This document shows, piece after piece, positions 1 through 9,341 of a stretch of 64,000 nt of DNA. This DNA comes from an uncultured Actinomycetota bacterium (GTDB lineage Bacteria > Actinomycetota > Actinomycetes > Actinomycetales > Cellulomonadaceae): the NCBI GenBank assembly GCA_963807045.1, contig CAWDZL010000002.1:1664118-1728117 (forward strand), read 5' to 3'. Below the pieces are notes generated by a model. That model did no database searches. It was not told the DNA's origin and was given only the letters and a program-made list of their open reading frames with translations. Numbering within the stretch: the first letter of the stretch is position 1; every line of letters starts with the position of its first letter. Made by a program: the position numbers and the translations under genes.

Positions 1-568
1 GGGCTTCTCAGGCGGAGTGCTCGTCGTCGCCACGCCACCCAGCGTCTGGGCGGAGGCGCACGCCCTGCTCTGCGCGGTCGAGTGGCGCGGCGCGGACGGC
101 CACCCGGCCGGCGTGACGTCGGACGACGAGCGTCCCGCGATCGCGAGCTTCACGCAGGCCGAGCCGCCGGAGCGCCGCGTGTGCCGCACCGTGGACGCCA
201 GCGGCGCCTACCGGACGGCCGACTGCGCGAGACCGCACGACGCCGAGTTCCTGTTCTCCTACGACGCTGCGGTGCACGGGCCGGACTTCGTCACACGCGT
301 GACGCCCGGCGCGCTCACGCCCGAGGACTGGGCGGTGCTCGACGCGGCGTGCTGGGCGGCGGCGCCAGGCGTCTTCGGCGCCGACCGGACGCTGACCGAC
401 GTGGTGATCATCGCGGACGTCGACGAGCGGACCTGGGGGGCCGGCCCCTTGGGCACCGACTCGCACCGCGTCGCGTGCATGGCGATGTCGAGTCAGCCCG
501 GCCAGCGGCTCGACGGGCCGGTCTGGGGGCTGGGCGACGAGCCGGCGGCGCTCGTGTCGGTGTCGTGA
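1..568 (+). CDS. conserved Cys-containing secreted/septum-formation-family-like protein; 5' end outside window
   Basis: The frame is open from the window edge to TGA at 566-568. Amino-acid composition is protein-like, unlike the overlapping frames. The stop overlaps the GTG of the next gene. Confidence 0.5.
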   Translation, partial: GFSGGVLVVATPPSVWAEAHALLCAVEWRGADGHPAGVTSDDERPAIASFTQAEPPERRVCRTVDASGAYRTADCARPHDAEFLFSYDAAVHGPDFVTRVTPGALTPEDWAVLDAACWAAAPGVFGADRTLTDVVIIADVDERTWGAGPLGTDSHRVACMAMSSQPGQRLDGPVWGLGDEPAALVSVS

Positions 569-1215
569 GCGGCGAGCCCGCCGAGGCGGCCGTCCCCGAG
601 CCGGTGATCCCGCCGCGGCGCCTGCGGCGCACGCTGCTGGTCGTGGCGGGCCTCAACGCCGCGTACTTCGGGGTGGAGGCGACGGTCGCGCTCGCCATCG
701 GCTCCGTGTCGCTGCTGGCCGACAGCGTGGACTTCATCGAGGACACGGCGGTCAACCTGCTCGTGGTCCTCGCGCTCGGCTGGTCGCTGCGGGCGCGCGC
801 GCGGACCGGCAAGGTGCTCGCCGTCGTCATCCTGCTGCCCGCGCTGGCCGCCGCGTGGGAGGCGTTCGTCAAGGCGGGTGACCCCGCGCCGCCCGAGCCG
901 CTGGCACTCGCCCTCACGGCCGGCGGCGCCGCGGTGGTCAACGGCACGTGCGCGCTCATCCTGCTCCGCGTCCGCAGGCACGGCGGCTCCCTGACCCACG
1001 GCGCCTGGCTGGCGGCCCGCAACGACGTGCTGGTGAACCTGGCGATCATCGCCGTCGGCGGCGTCACGGCCTGGACGGCCAGCGGCTGGCCGGACATCCT
1101 GCTCGGCGTCGGCATCATCGTGCTCAACGCGACCGCCGCGCGCGAGGTCTGGGAGCTGGCGGAGTCCGAGACGGTCGCCGCCCGGGCGCTCGCCGGCGAG
1201 GACGTGGACGACTGA
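565..1215 (+). CDS. cation diffusion facilitator (CDF) family metal efflux transporter
   Basis: GTG at 565 overlaps the upstream stop (GTGA). Multiple TM helices are present, with conserved CDF motifs (LLADSVDFIEDT, HGAWLAARNDVL). The N-terminal part of the track ORF starting at 82 is R-rich junk. Confidence 0.8.
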   Translation: MSGEPAEAAVPEPVIPPRRLRRTLLVVAGLNAAYFGVEATVALAIGSVSLLADSVDFIEDTAVNLLVVLALGWSLRARARTGKVLAVVILLPALAAAWEAFVKAGDPAPPEPLALALTAGGAAVVNGTCALILLRVRRHGGSLTHGAWLAARNDVLVNLAIIAVGGVTAWTASGWPDILLGVGIIVLNATAAREVWELAESETVAARALAGEDVDD

Positions 1216-1297
1216 CACCGCCCGCGGGACGCACGTCCCGGCTGTCGAGGCCGGACGCGCGCGATCGTGACAGCTACCCCCTGGAAGGAGGCCGGCG

Positions 1298-1690
1298 ATG
1301 ACCGCCGCCCCATCGCCCGTCCCACCCGTCGAGCCGTGGCTGCTGCAGCTCGGTGAGATCGGCGTCTCACCCAGCTGGGTCGTGATGCCGAGCGGGACCG
1401 CGCCGCTGGCCGGCTCTCAGTGGTGGGCCGCGCAGCGCAGCGCCTACACCCAGCACATCCCGGTGTGGGCGATCGTGCTGGCCGTGGTGCTGTTCCCGAT
1501 CGGGCTGCTGTTCCTCCTGGCCAAGGAGACACGGGTGTCGACGTGGGTCGAGGTCACGGTGCGCTCCGGCGGCCTCACGCACGTGACGACCGTGCCCGCC
1601 CACCCCGCGCAGGTCCCGTACGTGTTCGGGCAGGTCGAGTACGTGCGCGGCCTGGCCAGCCGCCCGGCGGAGGGACACGCATGGACCTGA
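1298..1690 (+). CDS. hypothetical membrane protein
   Basis: A 130-aa ORF with one clear TM segment. Its stop overlaps the ATG of the downstream LLM oxidoreductase (ATGGACCTGA). Confidence 0.45.
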   Translation: MTAAPSPVPPVEPWLLQLGEIGVSPSWVVMPSGTAPLAGSQWWAAQRSAYTQHIPVWAIVLAVVLFPIGLLFLLAKETRVSTWVEVTVRSGGLTHVTTVPAHPAQVPYVFGQVEYVRGLASRPAEGHAWT

Positions 1691-2625
1691 GGATCTTCAC
1701 CGAGCCGCAGCAGGGCGCGACCTACGACGACCTCCTCGCCCTCGCGCAGGCCACCGAGCGGCTGGGCTTCGACGCGTTCTTCCGGTCTGACCACTACCTC
1801 GCCATGGGCTCGGGGGACGGCTTGCCCGGCCCGACCGACGCCTGGGTCACCCTGGCGGGCCTCGCCCGCGAGACCGAGCGGGTCCGCCTGGGCACCCTCG
1901 TCACGTCGGCGACCTTCCGGTTGCCGGGCGTGCTCGCGATCCAGGCCGCGCAGGTCGACCAGATGTCCGGCGGGCGGCTCGAGATGGGCCTCGGCGCCGG
2001 CTGGTTCGCGGCCGAGCACGCCGCATACGGCATCCCGTTCCCCGACCGGCGGTTCGGGCTGCTCACCGAGCAGCTGGAGATCCTCACCGGCCTGTGGGGC
2101 ACCCCCGTCGGCAAGCGCTTCGCGTACGACGGCGAGCACTACCGCCTCGCGGACTCGCCCGCCCTGCCCAAGCCGGTCCAGGAGCGGGCCGCGGCGCCCG
2201 GCGTCCCGGGGGTCCCGCTGATCGTCGGCGGCACCGGTGCCACGCGGACCCCGGCCCTGGCCGCGCGGTTTGCCGATGAGTTCAACCTCCCCTTCCCGGA
2301 TCTCGCGACGATCCCGACGGCGTTCGGCCGCGTCCGGGACGCGTGCGCGGCGATCGGGCGCTCGCCGGAGAGCCTCGTGTGGTCCGTCGCACTGGTGATG
2401 GCCGTCGGGGCCGACGACGCCGAGGCCCGGCGTCGCTCGGAGGCCATCGGGCGGGACGCCGCGGAGGTGCGGACGGTCGGCGTCGCCGGCACGGTTGCCG
2501 AGGCCGTCGACCGGCTCGGCGCGCTCGCCGAGCTCGGCATCCAGCGCGTCTACCTGCAGACGCTGGACGTGCGTGACCTCGACCATCTCGAGCTTGTCGC
2601 GGCGGAGGTCGCGCCCCGGCTCTGA
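1681..2625 (+). CDS. LLM-class (luciferase-like) F420-dependent oxidoreductase
   Basis: The N-terminus MDLRIFTEPQQGATYDDLLALAQATERLGFDAFFRSDHY is typical of the LLM/F420 family. The ATG at 1681 is in frame within track ORF 1420..2625. Confidence 0.8.
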   Translation: MDLRIFTEPQQGATYDDLLALAQATERLGFDAFFRSDHYLAMGSGDGLPGPTDAWVTLAGLARETERVRLGTLVTSATFRLPGVLAIQAAQVDQMSGGRLEMGLGAGWFAAEHAAYGIPFPDRRFGLLTEQLEILTGLWGTPVGKRFAYDGEHYRLADSPALPKPVQERAAAPGVPGVPLIVGGTGATRTPALAARFADEFNLPFPDLATIPTAFGRVRDACAAIGRSPESLVWSVALVMAVGADDAEARRRSEAIGRDAAEVRTVGVAGTVAEAVDRLGALAELGIQRVYLQTLDVRDLDHLELVAAEVAPRL

Positions 2626-2628
2626 GCG

Positions 2629-3987
2629 CTACGCCCCGACGTCGGACAGGTCGTCGTCGCGCTCGGCTGACGACCCTGCCGGCACGGCCCGCCCGGCGCG
2701 CACGACACCGGCTGCGGCCAACCCGAGCACCACCACGAGCAGGACGTTGCGGACGGCCAGCCCGATGCTCACCGCGTTCGCCCCGGCCAGCATCTGCTGG
2801 TAGGCCCACGGGAACACCCACTGCGTCAGGCCCGCGACCACGAGCAGCGCCCCGGCCGACGCCGGGAGCCAGCGCGGCAGCCCGCTGCCCTCGCCGGGTG
2901 CGTCGGCCCCGTCACTCGCGCCACGCCCCGCCGCGAGGGCCACCGCCACCGGCGCGGCCAGCCAGCTGAGGTACTGCGGCGAGAGCACCTTGTCGAACGC
3001 GATGAGCACGGTGAGGACGAGCAGCGCGCCGGGCGCCAGGACGGCGGTCGCATCGCCGCGTCGCGAGGCCCACCACAGCAGAGCGGCCGTCACGCCGGCC
3101 GCCAGAGCCAGCGCGACGTTCAGCGCCCGGGCTGCCCCGGCCGTGCCGGGCCCTGCGATCTCCCAGGTCACGAGCTGCTGGTTGAGGAACACGGTGACGT
3201 CGGGGTTCCCCGCCGCGTGCTGGAGCACCCACGGGGTCGCGGCGACCGCCTCGACCTGCAGGCCGCGGCCCTCCTGTGCCGAGAGGAACGAGAGGAGGTT
3301 CGGCAGGCCCCCGAGCGCCGTCGTCACCGCCGCGACCGCCGCACACACGGCCGCGGCCGGCACGACGACGTCCCGCACGGGCCGCCGGACCGCCGTCAGC
3401 AAGGGCAGCACGAGGGCGCCGGGCGCGACCTTGACCCAGGCGCCGGCCGTGAGGATCACCGCTGCGACGCGGGGCCGGCGGACCGCCGCGAGCAGCCCCA
3501 CCACCATGACCGGCGCTGCGACGGCGTCGAGCCGGCCCATCGCGACGGGTCCGAGCGCCGCGAGGTAGGCCATCCACCACAGCGCGCCGAGCGCACCGGG
3601 GCGGCCCCGGCGCAGCAGCCAGGCGACCGCGACGGCGTCGAGCACCGTGACGAGGGCGCACCAGGCAGCGGCGTAGGCGGCGGTGTCGACCGTCGTGACC
3701 AGGGCGGGAACCAGCATCGGCACGATCGCGCCGACCGGGTAGACCCACGGCCCCTCGAGTACGGGCCACTGGCCGTCGTGCGCACCGAGGTGCATCCACC
3801 AGCGGTACAGGTCGACGTCCCAGAAGGACTCCTGCGGTGCGATGACGACGCCCACCAGGGCGAGCCAGGCGTGGACGACGGCGAAGACGACCCACACGGT
3901 GACGCGCGTGCGCCGATCCGCCGGGCCGGGCGCGACGAGGGCGCGCGCGACCCCGAGGGGTCGAAGGGTGCTGAGCTGGGTGCGCAT
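2629..3987 (-). CDS. polytopic membrane glycosyltransferase, DUF2029/GT87-like (mannosyltransferase-like)
   Basis: A 452-aa protein with about 10 TM helices and a DxDxYRWW-type motif (DVDLYRWW) near the N-terminus, as in GT87/PimE-like enzymes. Confidence 0.65.
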   Translation of the reverse strand: MRTQLSTLRPLGVARALVAPGPADRRTRVTVWVVFAVVHAWLALVGVVIAPQESFWDVDLYRWWMHLGAHDGQWPVLEGPWVYPVGAIVPMLVPALVTTVDTAAYAAAWCALVTVLDAVAVAWLLRRGRPGALGALWWMAYLAALGPVAMGRLDAVAAPVMVVGLLAAVRRPRVAAVILTAGAWVKVAPGALVLPLLTAVRRPVRDVVVPAAAVCAAVAAVTTALGGLPNLLSFLSAQEGRGLQVEAVAATPWVLQHAAGNPDVTVFLNQQLVTWEIAGPGTAGAARALNVALALAAGVTAALLWWASRRGDATAVLAPGALLVLTVLIAFDKVLSPQYLSWLAAPVAVALAAGRGASDGADAPGEGSGLPRWLPASAGALLVVAGLTQWVFPWAYQQMLAGANAVSIGLAVRNVLLVVVLGLAAAGVVRAGRAVPAGSSAERDDDLSDVGA

Positions 3988-4001
3988 GCTGGGCCTGCTG
4001 A

Positions 4002-4436
4002 TCAGCTCGCCCCTCCCGCCGCGAACCCGAAGACGGCGACGCCGGCGAGCATGAGCACGACGAGGACGATGCCGATCGCGGCGATCCCGACGCCGACCCA
4101 GCCGACGACGACGCCGGCGAGGGCCATGCCGTCGCCCCCTTCACCGGTCGCGCGGATCTGGCGCCGCGCCATGGTGCCCGTGATCACACCGGTGATCGAC
4201 GCGACGACCGGCAGGACGGTGACACCCGCGATGGAGGCGATCAGCGACACCACGGCGAGGGTGTTGGTCGGTCGGCCCGCGTAGCCGTACGCGGGGTACG
4301 GCTGCTGGTACTGGCCCGGCGAGGGCTGCGGGTACGGCTGCTGGTAGGGCTGCTGATCGGACTGACCCGCGGCTGCGGGGCTCTCCTCGGTCACGACGGC
4401 TCCAGGTGGCTCGACACGCGTTGTCCAGCATCCCAT
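4002..4436 (-). CDS. DUF4190-like membrane protein with Pro/Gln/Tyr-rich N-terminal region
   Basis: It has QQPYPQPSPGQYQQPYPAYGY repeats followed by two TM helices. Start was chosen at the internal Met (MGCWTT), so the 5' end is uncertain. Confidence 0.55.
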   Translation of the reverse strand: MGCWTTRVEPPGAVVTEESPAAAGQSDQQPYQQPYPQPSPGQYQQPYPAYGYAGRPTNTLAVVSLIASIAGVTVLPVVASITGVITGTMARRQIRATGEGGDGMALAGVVVGWVGVGIAAIGIVLVVLMLAGVAVFGFAAGGAS

Positions 4437-4542
4437 ACGGTCCTCGCGGCGCCGGGGTCGATCGCTACAGTTGGCCGGGCCGCGCGGCGGTGTCCCCTCC
4501 AGCACCGTCGGACAGTGACCCCTTGACCGAGGGAGTCAGTGC

Positions 4543-5934
4543 ATGAGCAGCATCGGGTGGCGGGTCCACGGCGACGGGCGGCGGGTCTTGCCGGGCGCGG
4601 TCGTGAACCCCGACGAGCGGCTGAGCTGGCCGCGCACCATCGGCATCGGCATGCAGCACGTCGTGGCCATGTTCGGCGCGACGATCCTCGTCCCGGCGAT
4701 CACGGGCTTCCCCGCCTCGACCACCCTGTTCTTCTCCGCCGTCGGCACGGTGACGTTCCTGATCCTCACCGGCAACCGCCTGCCCAGCTATCTCGGCTCC
4801 TCGTTCGCGTTCATCGCGCCGGTGGGCGCAGCGATGGCCGACGGCGGGATGTCGGTCGCGCTCGGCGGCATCATGACCGCGGGCCTCGTCCTGGCGGCGG
4901 TCGGCCTGGTCGTGCACCTGTGGGGCGCGCGCTGGATCGACGCCGTGATGCCCCCGATCGTCACAGGCACGATCGTCGCGCTCATCGGCATCAACCTCGC
5001 GCCCGCCGCCTGGAACAGCGTGAAGCTGGCGCCGTGGACGGCGATCATCACCATCGCCGCGATCGCGTTCGTCACCGTGTTCTTCCGCGGGATGCTCGGG
5101 CGGCTCGCGATCCTCGTGGGCGTCGTCGTCGGCTACGTCGCGGCGGTGCTGCAGGACCAGGTGAGCTTCGACGCCGTCAAGGAGGCCGCGTGGGTCGGCC
5201 TGCCCGACTTCACGACGCCGACGTTCGACGCCGGCAAGCTCGGCATCTTCCTGCCCGTCGTGTTCGTCCTCATCGCCGAGAACGTCGGCCACGTGAAGTC
5301 GGTCGCCGCGATGACCGGCAAGAGCTACGACGACCTCACCGGCCGCGCGTTGCTGTCCGACGGCATCGCGACGACCCTCGCGGGCCTCGGCGGCGGCTCC
5401 GGCACGACGACGTACGCCGAGAACATCGGCGTCATGGCGGCGACCAAGGTGTACTCGACGGCCGCCTACTGGGTCGCCGCGGCGACGGCGCTGCTGCTGA
5501 GCCTCTCCCCGAAGTTCGGCGCGCTGGTCGCGACCGTCCCGGCCGGCGTCCTCGGCGGTGCCGGCACGGTCCTGTACGGGATGATCTGCATCCTCGGCGC
5601 CCGCATCTGGGTGCAGAACCGCGTGAGCTTTGCCGACCCCGTGAACCTGACGACGGCCGGCGTCGGCCTGATCATCGCCGCGGCGGACTTCCAGTTCGTC
5701 ACCGACGGCGGCCTGGAGTTCAAGGGCATCGCGATCGCCACTGCTGCGGTCCTCGTGATGTACCACGGCATGCGAGCCGTCGCGAAGTGGCGGGGCACGC
5801 ACATCGAGGCGGCCACGCCTGCGTCCGTGCCGGGCGGCACGGAGCTCGAGGCCGCCGACGACGCCGCGAAGCCCGCTGCTGCCGACGCGGCGACGCCGGC
5901 CGCCGACGACGTCGCGGAGCCGGTCGCGGACTGA
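4543..5934 (+). CDS. NCS2 family uracil/xanthine permease
   Basis: A 463-aa polytopic protein with NCS2 signature regions. GAGGGAG lies 8 nt upstream of ATG 4543. Confidence 0.85.
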   Translation: MSSIGWRVHGDGRRVLPGAVVNPDERLSWPRTIGIGMQHVVAMFGATILVPAITGFPASTTLFFSAVGTVTFLILTGNRLPSYLGSSFAFIAPVGAAMADGGMSVALGGIMTAGLVLAAVGLVVHLWGARWIDAVMPPIVTGTIVALIGINLAPAAWNSVKLAPWTAIITIAAIAFVTVFFRGMLGRLAILVGVVVGYVAAVLQDQVSFDAVKEAAWVGLPDFTTPTFDAGKLGIFLPVVFVLIAENVGHVKSVAAMTGKSYDDLTGRALLSDGIATTLAGLGGGSGTTTYAENIGVMAATKVYSTAAYWVAAATALLLSLSPKFGALVATVPAGVLGGAGTVLYGMICILGARIWVQNRVSFADPVNLTTAGVGLIIAAADFQFVTDGGLEFKGIAIATAAVLVMYHGMRAVAKWRGTHIEAATPASVPGGTELEAADDAAKPAAADAATPAADDVAEPVAD

Positions 5935-6039
5935 TCCCGCGCAGACGAACGTGAGGCGCCGACCCTGCGGGGTCGGCGCCTCACGGCGTTACGGGGCCGG
6001 TCGGTCCGGAGGTGTGGTCGGTCAGGCGGGGCCGGTCGG

Positions 6040-6708
6040 TCAGGCGCTCGGCGCCGTCGGCGTGGGCTCGGGCTTGGGCGCCGGGCCCGGCGGGGCGATC
6101 TCGATCGCCTGCTCGTAGGGGACGCAGCTCGGGGCGCCCTCGAGCGGTGCCCCGATGGCGAGCGTGACCTGCTCGGCGGGCAGGAGGCCCTTCCACTGGT
6201 CGCCGAGGATCAGGTCGACCGAGGCGTCGGTGCGCTGGTCGAGAGCGAGGACGGCGCCGTCGATCTGGGCTGCGAGGGTGTAGGCGGCGGGCAGGCCGGC
6301 GGCGCCGAAGTGGAGCTCGGCGGTGCCGGCGACGATCGCGCCCGTGTAGTTGCCGGTGGTCAGCACGCCGAGGCCGCGGGCGGCCAGCTCGCTCGCGGCG
6401 GTTGCCGCGAGGCCGGACTGCTTGGTGGAGTTCAGCACGTTCGTCCCGATCTCCCCGCCGGTGACGGAGATGGCGCCGTCGGGCGGGCAGGGCACGACCA
6501 GCGCGGACCCGGTGGGCTCCGGCGACGGCGTCGTGAACTGGCGGTCGAGGAACGGTGCGTCCATCGCACCCGTGTAGACGGCCGTGGCCGCGAAGCCGGC
6601 GAGGGCGAGGCCCGCGACCAACGACCCGAAGATGACGGCCTGGCGCTCGTGCTTGTGGCGACGGCGGATGGCGCGCTGATGCTGGGCGTCAAGCTGGGAC
6701 CGGTCCAT
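6040..6708 (-). CDS. LytR C-terminal (LytR_C) domain-containing membrane-anchored protein
   Basis: N-terminal TM anchor followed by a LytR_C-like domain. Start ATG 6708 overlaps the upstream stop (ATGA). The long 582-aa track ORF is junk upstream of this Met. Confidence 0.6.
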   Translation of the reverse strand: MDRSQLDAQHQRAIRRRHKHERQAVIFGSLVAGLALAGFAATAVYTGAMDAPFLDRQFTTPSPEPTGSALVVPCPPDGAISVTGGEIGTNVLNSTKQSGLAATAASELAARGLGVLTTGNYTGAIVAGTAELHFGAAGLPAAYTLAAQIDGAVLALDQRTDASVDLILGDQWKGLLPAEQVTLAIGAPLEGAPSCVPYEQAIEIAPPGPAPKPEPTPTAPSA

Positions 6709-7019
6709 CACTGCGCCGTCAGCTCCTCCATCACGAGGACGCGTGCGTGGAGCACCGGTCGCTGCTGGAGGGCCGCGCGCACCGCGCGGTGCAGGCCGTC
6801 CTCGAGGTACATGACGCCTCTGAACTGGACCACGTGCGCGAACAGGTCCCCGTAGAACGTCGAGTCCTCCGAGAGCAGCGCGTCGAGGTTGAGGGTGCGC
6901 TTCGTCGTCACGAGCTCGTCCAGGCGCACCTGTCGCGGCGGCACCTCTGCCCACTGCTTGGGCGTGGTGTAGCCGTGGTCTGGATACGGGCGACCGTCGC
7001 CGACCCCCTTGAAGATCAC
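6708..7019 (-). CDS. hypothetical protein (103 aa), translationally coupled to LytR_C gene
   Basis: Protein-like composition. Its stop overlaps the ATG of the downstream gene. Confidence 0.5.
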   Translation of the reverse strand: MIFKGVGDGRPYPDHGYTTPKQWAEVPPRQVRLDELVTTKRTLNLDALLSEDSTFYGDLFAHVVQFRGVMYLEDGLHRAVRAALQQRPVLHARVLVMEELTAQ

Positions 7020-7146
7020 GGGTGGAGTCTACTGGGCGGGCGCTGCGGGGGCCGTCCACCCTGAGACTGAGCTGTCGACGCCCGACGTCGGGTCGCGCGC
7101 GGCGGCGTCGGGGCGCGAGAGTGGGCCCGTGGCTGAGGTGACGCAT

Positions 7147-7668
7147 GTGGTGGTCATGGGGGTGGCCGGGTCCGGCAAGACGACCCTCGCGCTGGAGCTG
7201 CGCCGTCGGCTCGGTTGGCCGTACGCCGAGGCGGACGAGTTCCACCCGCGGGCGAACATCGACAAGATGTCGGCCGGCACGCCACTCACGGACGAGGACC
7301 GCCGGCCGTGGCTCGCCGCGATCCGCGACTGGCTGACGGAGCAGGCGCGCGCGGGGCGCAGCACCATCGTCACGTGCTCGGCGCTGCGGCTGGCCTACCG
7401 GGACGTGCTGCGCTCCGCCGAGGGGCGCGTGGTGTTCGTGCACCTGACCGCCGACGCCGGGCTGCTGGCGGAGCGGATGGCGCACCGGAGCGGCCACTTC
7501 ATGCCGCCCGCGCTCCTGCCGTCGCAGCTGGCGACTCTCGAGCCGCTCGTGGCGGGCGAGGACGGGATCGCGATCGAGGTCGACGTCGCGCCGGCGGAGG
7601 TCGCCGAGCGGGCGATCGGGGTGCTCGGCCTGGCGGCGGTGCCCGGCGGGGTGCCTCCGACGCCGTAG
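7147..7668 (+). CDS. gntK: gluconokinase
   Basis: P-loop VVVMGVAGSGKTT followed by gluconate-kinase-like sequence (EADEFHP...NIDKMSAG, IVTCSALRLAYRD). Start is ambiguous between GTG 7147/7150 and ATG 7156. Confidence 0.75.
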   Translation: MVVMGVAGSGKTTLALELRRRLGWPYAEADEFHPRANIDKMSAGTPLTDEDRRPWLAAIRDWLTEQARAGRSTIVTCSALRLAYRDVLRSAEGRVVFVHLTADAGLLAERMAHRSGHFMPPALLPSQLATLEPLVAGEDGIAIEVDVAPAEVAERAIGVLGLAAVPGGVPPTP

Positions 7669-7702
7669 CCCGGCACCGGAGGCACCGCCCGGGCGCGGCC
7701 TG

Positions 7703-8098
7703 TCAGTGGCTGTGGTCGTGCCCGCTGTGGCTGTGGCTGTGGTCGTCGTCCGCGATCTGTCGGCGGACGTCGTCCATGTCGAGGGCACGCGCCTGGGCGA
7801 TCAGGTCGTCGAGGGCCGGCGCCGGGAGTGCGCCCGGCTGGCCGAACAGCAGGATCCCGTCGCGGAAGATCATCAGGGTCGGGATCGAGGTGATGCCGGC
7901 CTGGGCGGCGAGCGCCTGCTCGGCCTCCGTGTCGACCTTGCCGAAGACGACGTCCGGGTTGGCCGCCGCCGCCTTCTCGTAGACCGGCGCGAACTGACGG
8001 CACGGGCCGCACCACGACGCCCAGAAGTCGACGAGCACGATGTCGTTCTCGGTGACGGTCGGCTCGAAGCTGTCGATGGTCAGCTCGATGGTGGACAT
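7703..8098 (-). CDS. trxA: thioredoxin with His-rich C-terminal tail
   Basis: WCGPC active site. C-terminus DDDHSHSHSGHDHSH. Start was set at the internal MSTIEL Met of track ORF 7703..8149. Confidence 0.8.
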   Translation of the reverse strand: MSTIELTIDSFEPTVTENDIVLVDFWASWCGPCRQFAPVYEKAAAANPDVVFGKVDTEAEQALAAQAGITSIPTLMIFRDGILLFGQPGALPAPALDDLIAQARALDMDDVRRQIADDDHSHSHSGHDHSH

Positions 8099-8130
8099 GT
8101 GGCTCCTCGCTGGTCGGGACGGTCGGGAGA

Positions 8131-8146
8131 ATACCCCACGGGGTAT
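8131..8146. promoter_or_regulatory. 16-bp palindrome ATACCCCACGGGGTAT (CsoR/RicR-type operator-like) about 35 bp upstream of the thioredoxin start
   Basis: Perfect inverted repeat ATACCCC-AC-GGGGTAT seen in the sequence. It resembles the published CsoR operator core TACCC-N-GGGTA. Confidence 0.4.
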
Positions 8147-8224
8147 CAACCATGCGCTTGCCGGAGTATTCCACGATGCTCCTGCGCGCGGCCCGGTGCC
8201 AACGGGTCGCCTCCTCTGGTCCCG

Positions 8225-9034
8225 TCAGCGTGGCGGCCCTGCGGCGATGCGGGCCAGCAGCTCCTCGTGTGAGCCGCGCAGCCCGAACACCGACTCGAAC
8301 CACCATGTCGCCCCGGCCTCGGCGTACTCGGGGGCGAGGCCCCGCTCGCCGGCGTCGGTCGTGCCGTTGACGGCCACGTCCCGCGGACCGTCGGCGTGCT
8401 CAGTCAGGTAGGCGACGGACTCGGCGAGGCGCTCGGGTCCGAACCACACCTTCTGCTCCTCGTCGATCGCTGCCATCAGCCAGCCGTCCCAGCGAGCGGC
8501 CCTGCGCAGCGCGGGCCGGCTCCAGCCGCCCACCCAGACGGGCACCCGGGGCGACTGGGTGGGCCGCCCGGCCACCTGCGCGCCGTCGGACCGGTAGTAG
8601 GTGCCGGTGTGCTGCACGACCTCGCCGTTGCACCAGCGCGTCACCAGATCGAGGGCCTCGTCCGTCATGGCTGCGCGCGTGCGGTCGTCGTGGTGGTCGC
8701 CGAGGGGCGTCAGGTCCTCCGCGACGCCCAGCCCGACCCCGAGCGTCACCCGTCCGCCGCTGAAGGCGTCGAGCGCGTGGACGGACCGGGCGAGCAGGTG
8801 CGGGCGGTAGCGCGGGACGGGAGTGACGTCGGTGACGAGCCGAAGCCGCGAGGTGGTGGCGGCCACCGCGGTGAGGGTGACCCACGGGTCCCCGACGCCG
8901 CCCCAGAAGTGGCAGTGGTCCCAGACGGCCAGCGCGTCCCAGCCGGCGTCCTCCGCGGCTCGTGCCAGCTCGACCACCGGCCCGGGCTCCGCGTACAGCC
9001 CGAACGGGACCACCTCGATGCCGTACCTCACCAC
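8225..9034 (-). CDS. LLM-class F420-dependent oxidoreductase
   Basis: A 269-aa luciferase-like fold sequence. GTG start with GAGGAGG RBS on the minus strand. Confidence 0.8.
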   Translation of the reverse strand: MVRYGIEVVPFGLYAEPGPVVELARAAEDAGWDALAVWDHCHFWGGVGDPWVTLTAVAATTSRLRLVTDVTPVPRYRPHLLARSVHALDAFSGGRVTLGVGLGVAEDLTPLGDHHDDRTRAAMTDEALDLVTRWCNGEVVQHTGTYYRSDGAQVAGRPTQSPRVPVWVGGWSRPALRRAARWDGWLMAAIDEEQKVWFGPERLAESVAYLTEHADGPRDVAVNGTTDAGERGLAPEYAEAGATWWFESVFGLRGSHEELLARIAAGPPR

Positions 9035-9341
9035 AGCCTCCTCGCCGGCGGCGGGCGCCGCTCCACTTGCACGCTAGGACCGACGTCCGACACGGATGAT
9101 CAAGGCCTGCCCGACACTGCCGGGCGATCTGGGACTTAAGTCCCTTCTCGGTTGTCGGGTGTCCCGGAGACCCTCGGAATGAGGGGCCGCACCCAAGGCT
9201 CCCCATGCCAGTGCTCGGGGGCGCCGCGACGACGCGGGTACGTCGCGGCGCGAGGCTACGTCGCCGGCCCCACCACCCGTTCTGGTCCGACTCCCGCGGC
9301 GTCCGCACGACGGGCCCCGGGATCCGCGACGGGAGACGCCG

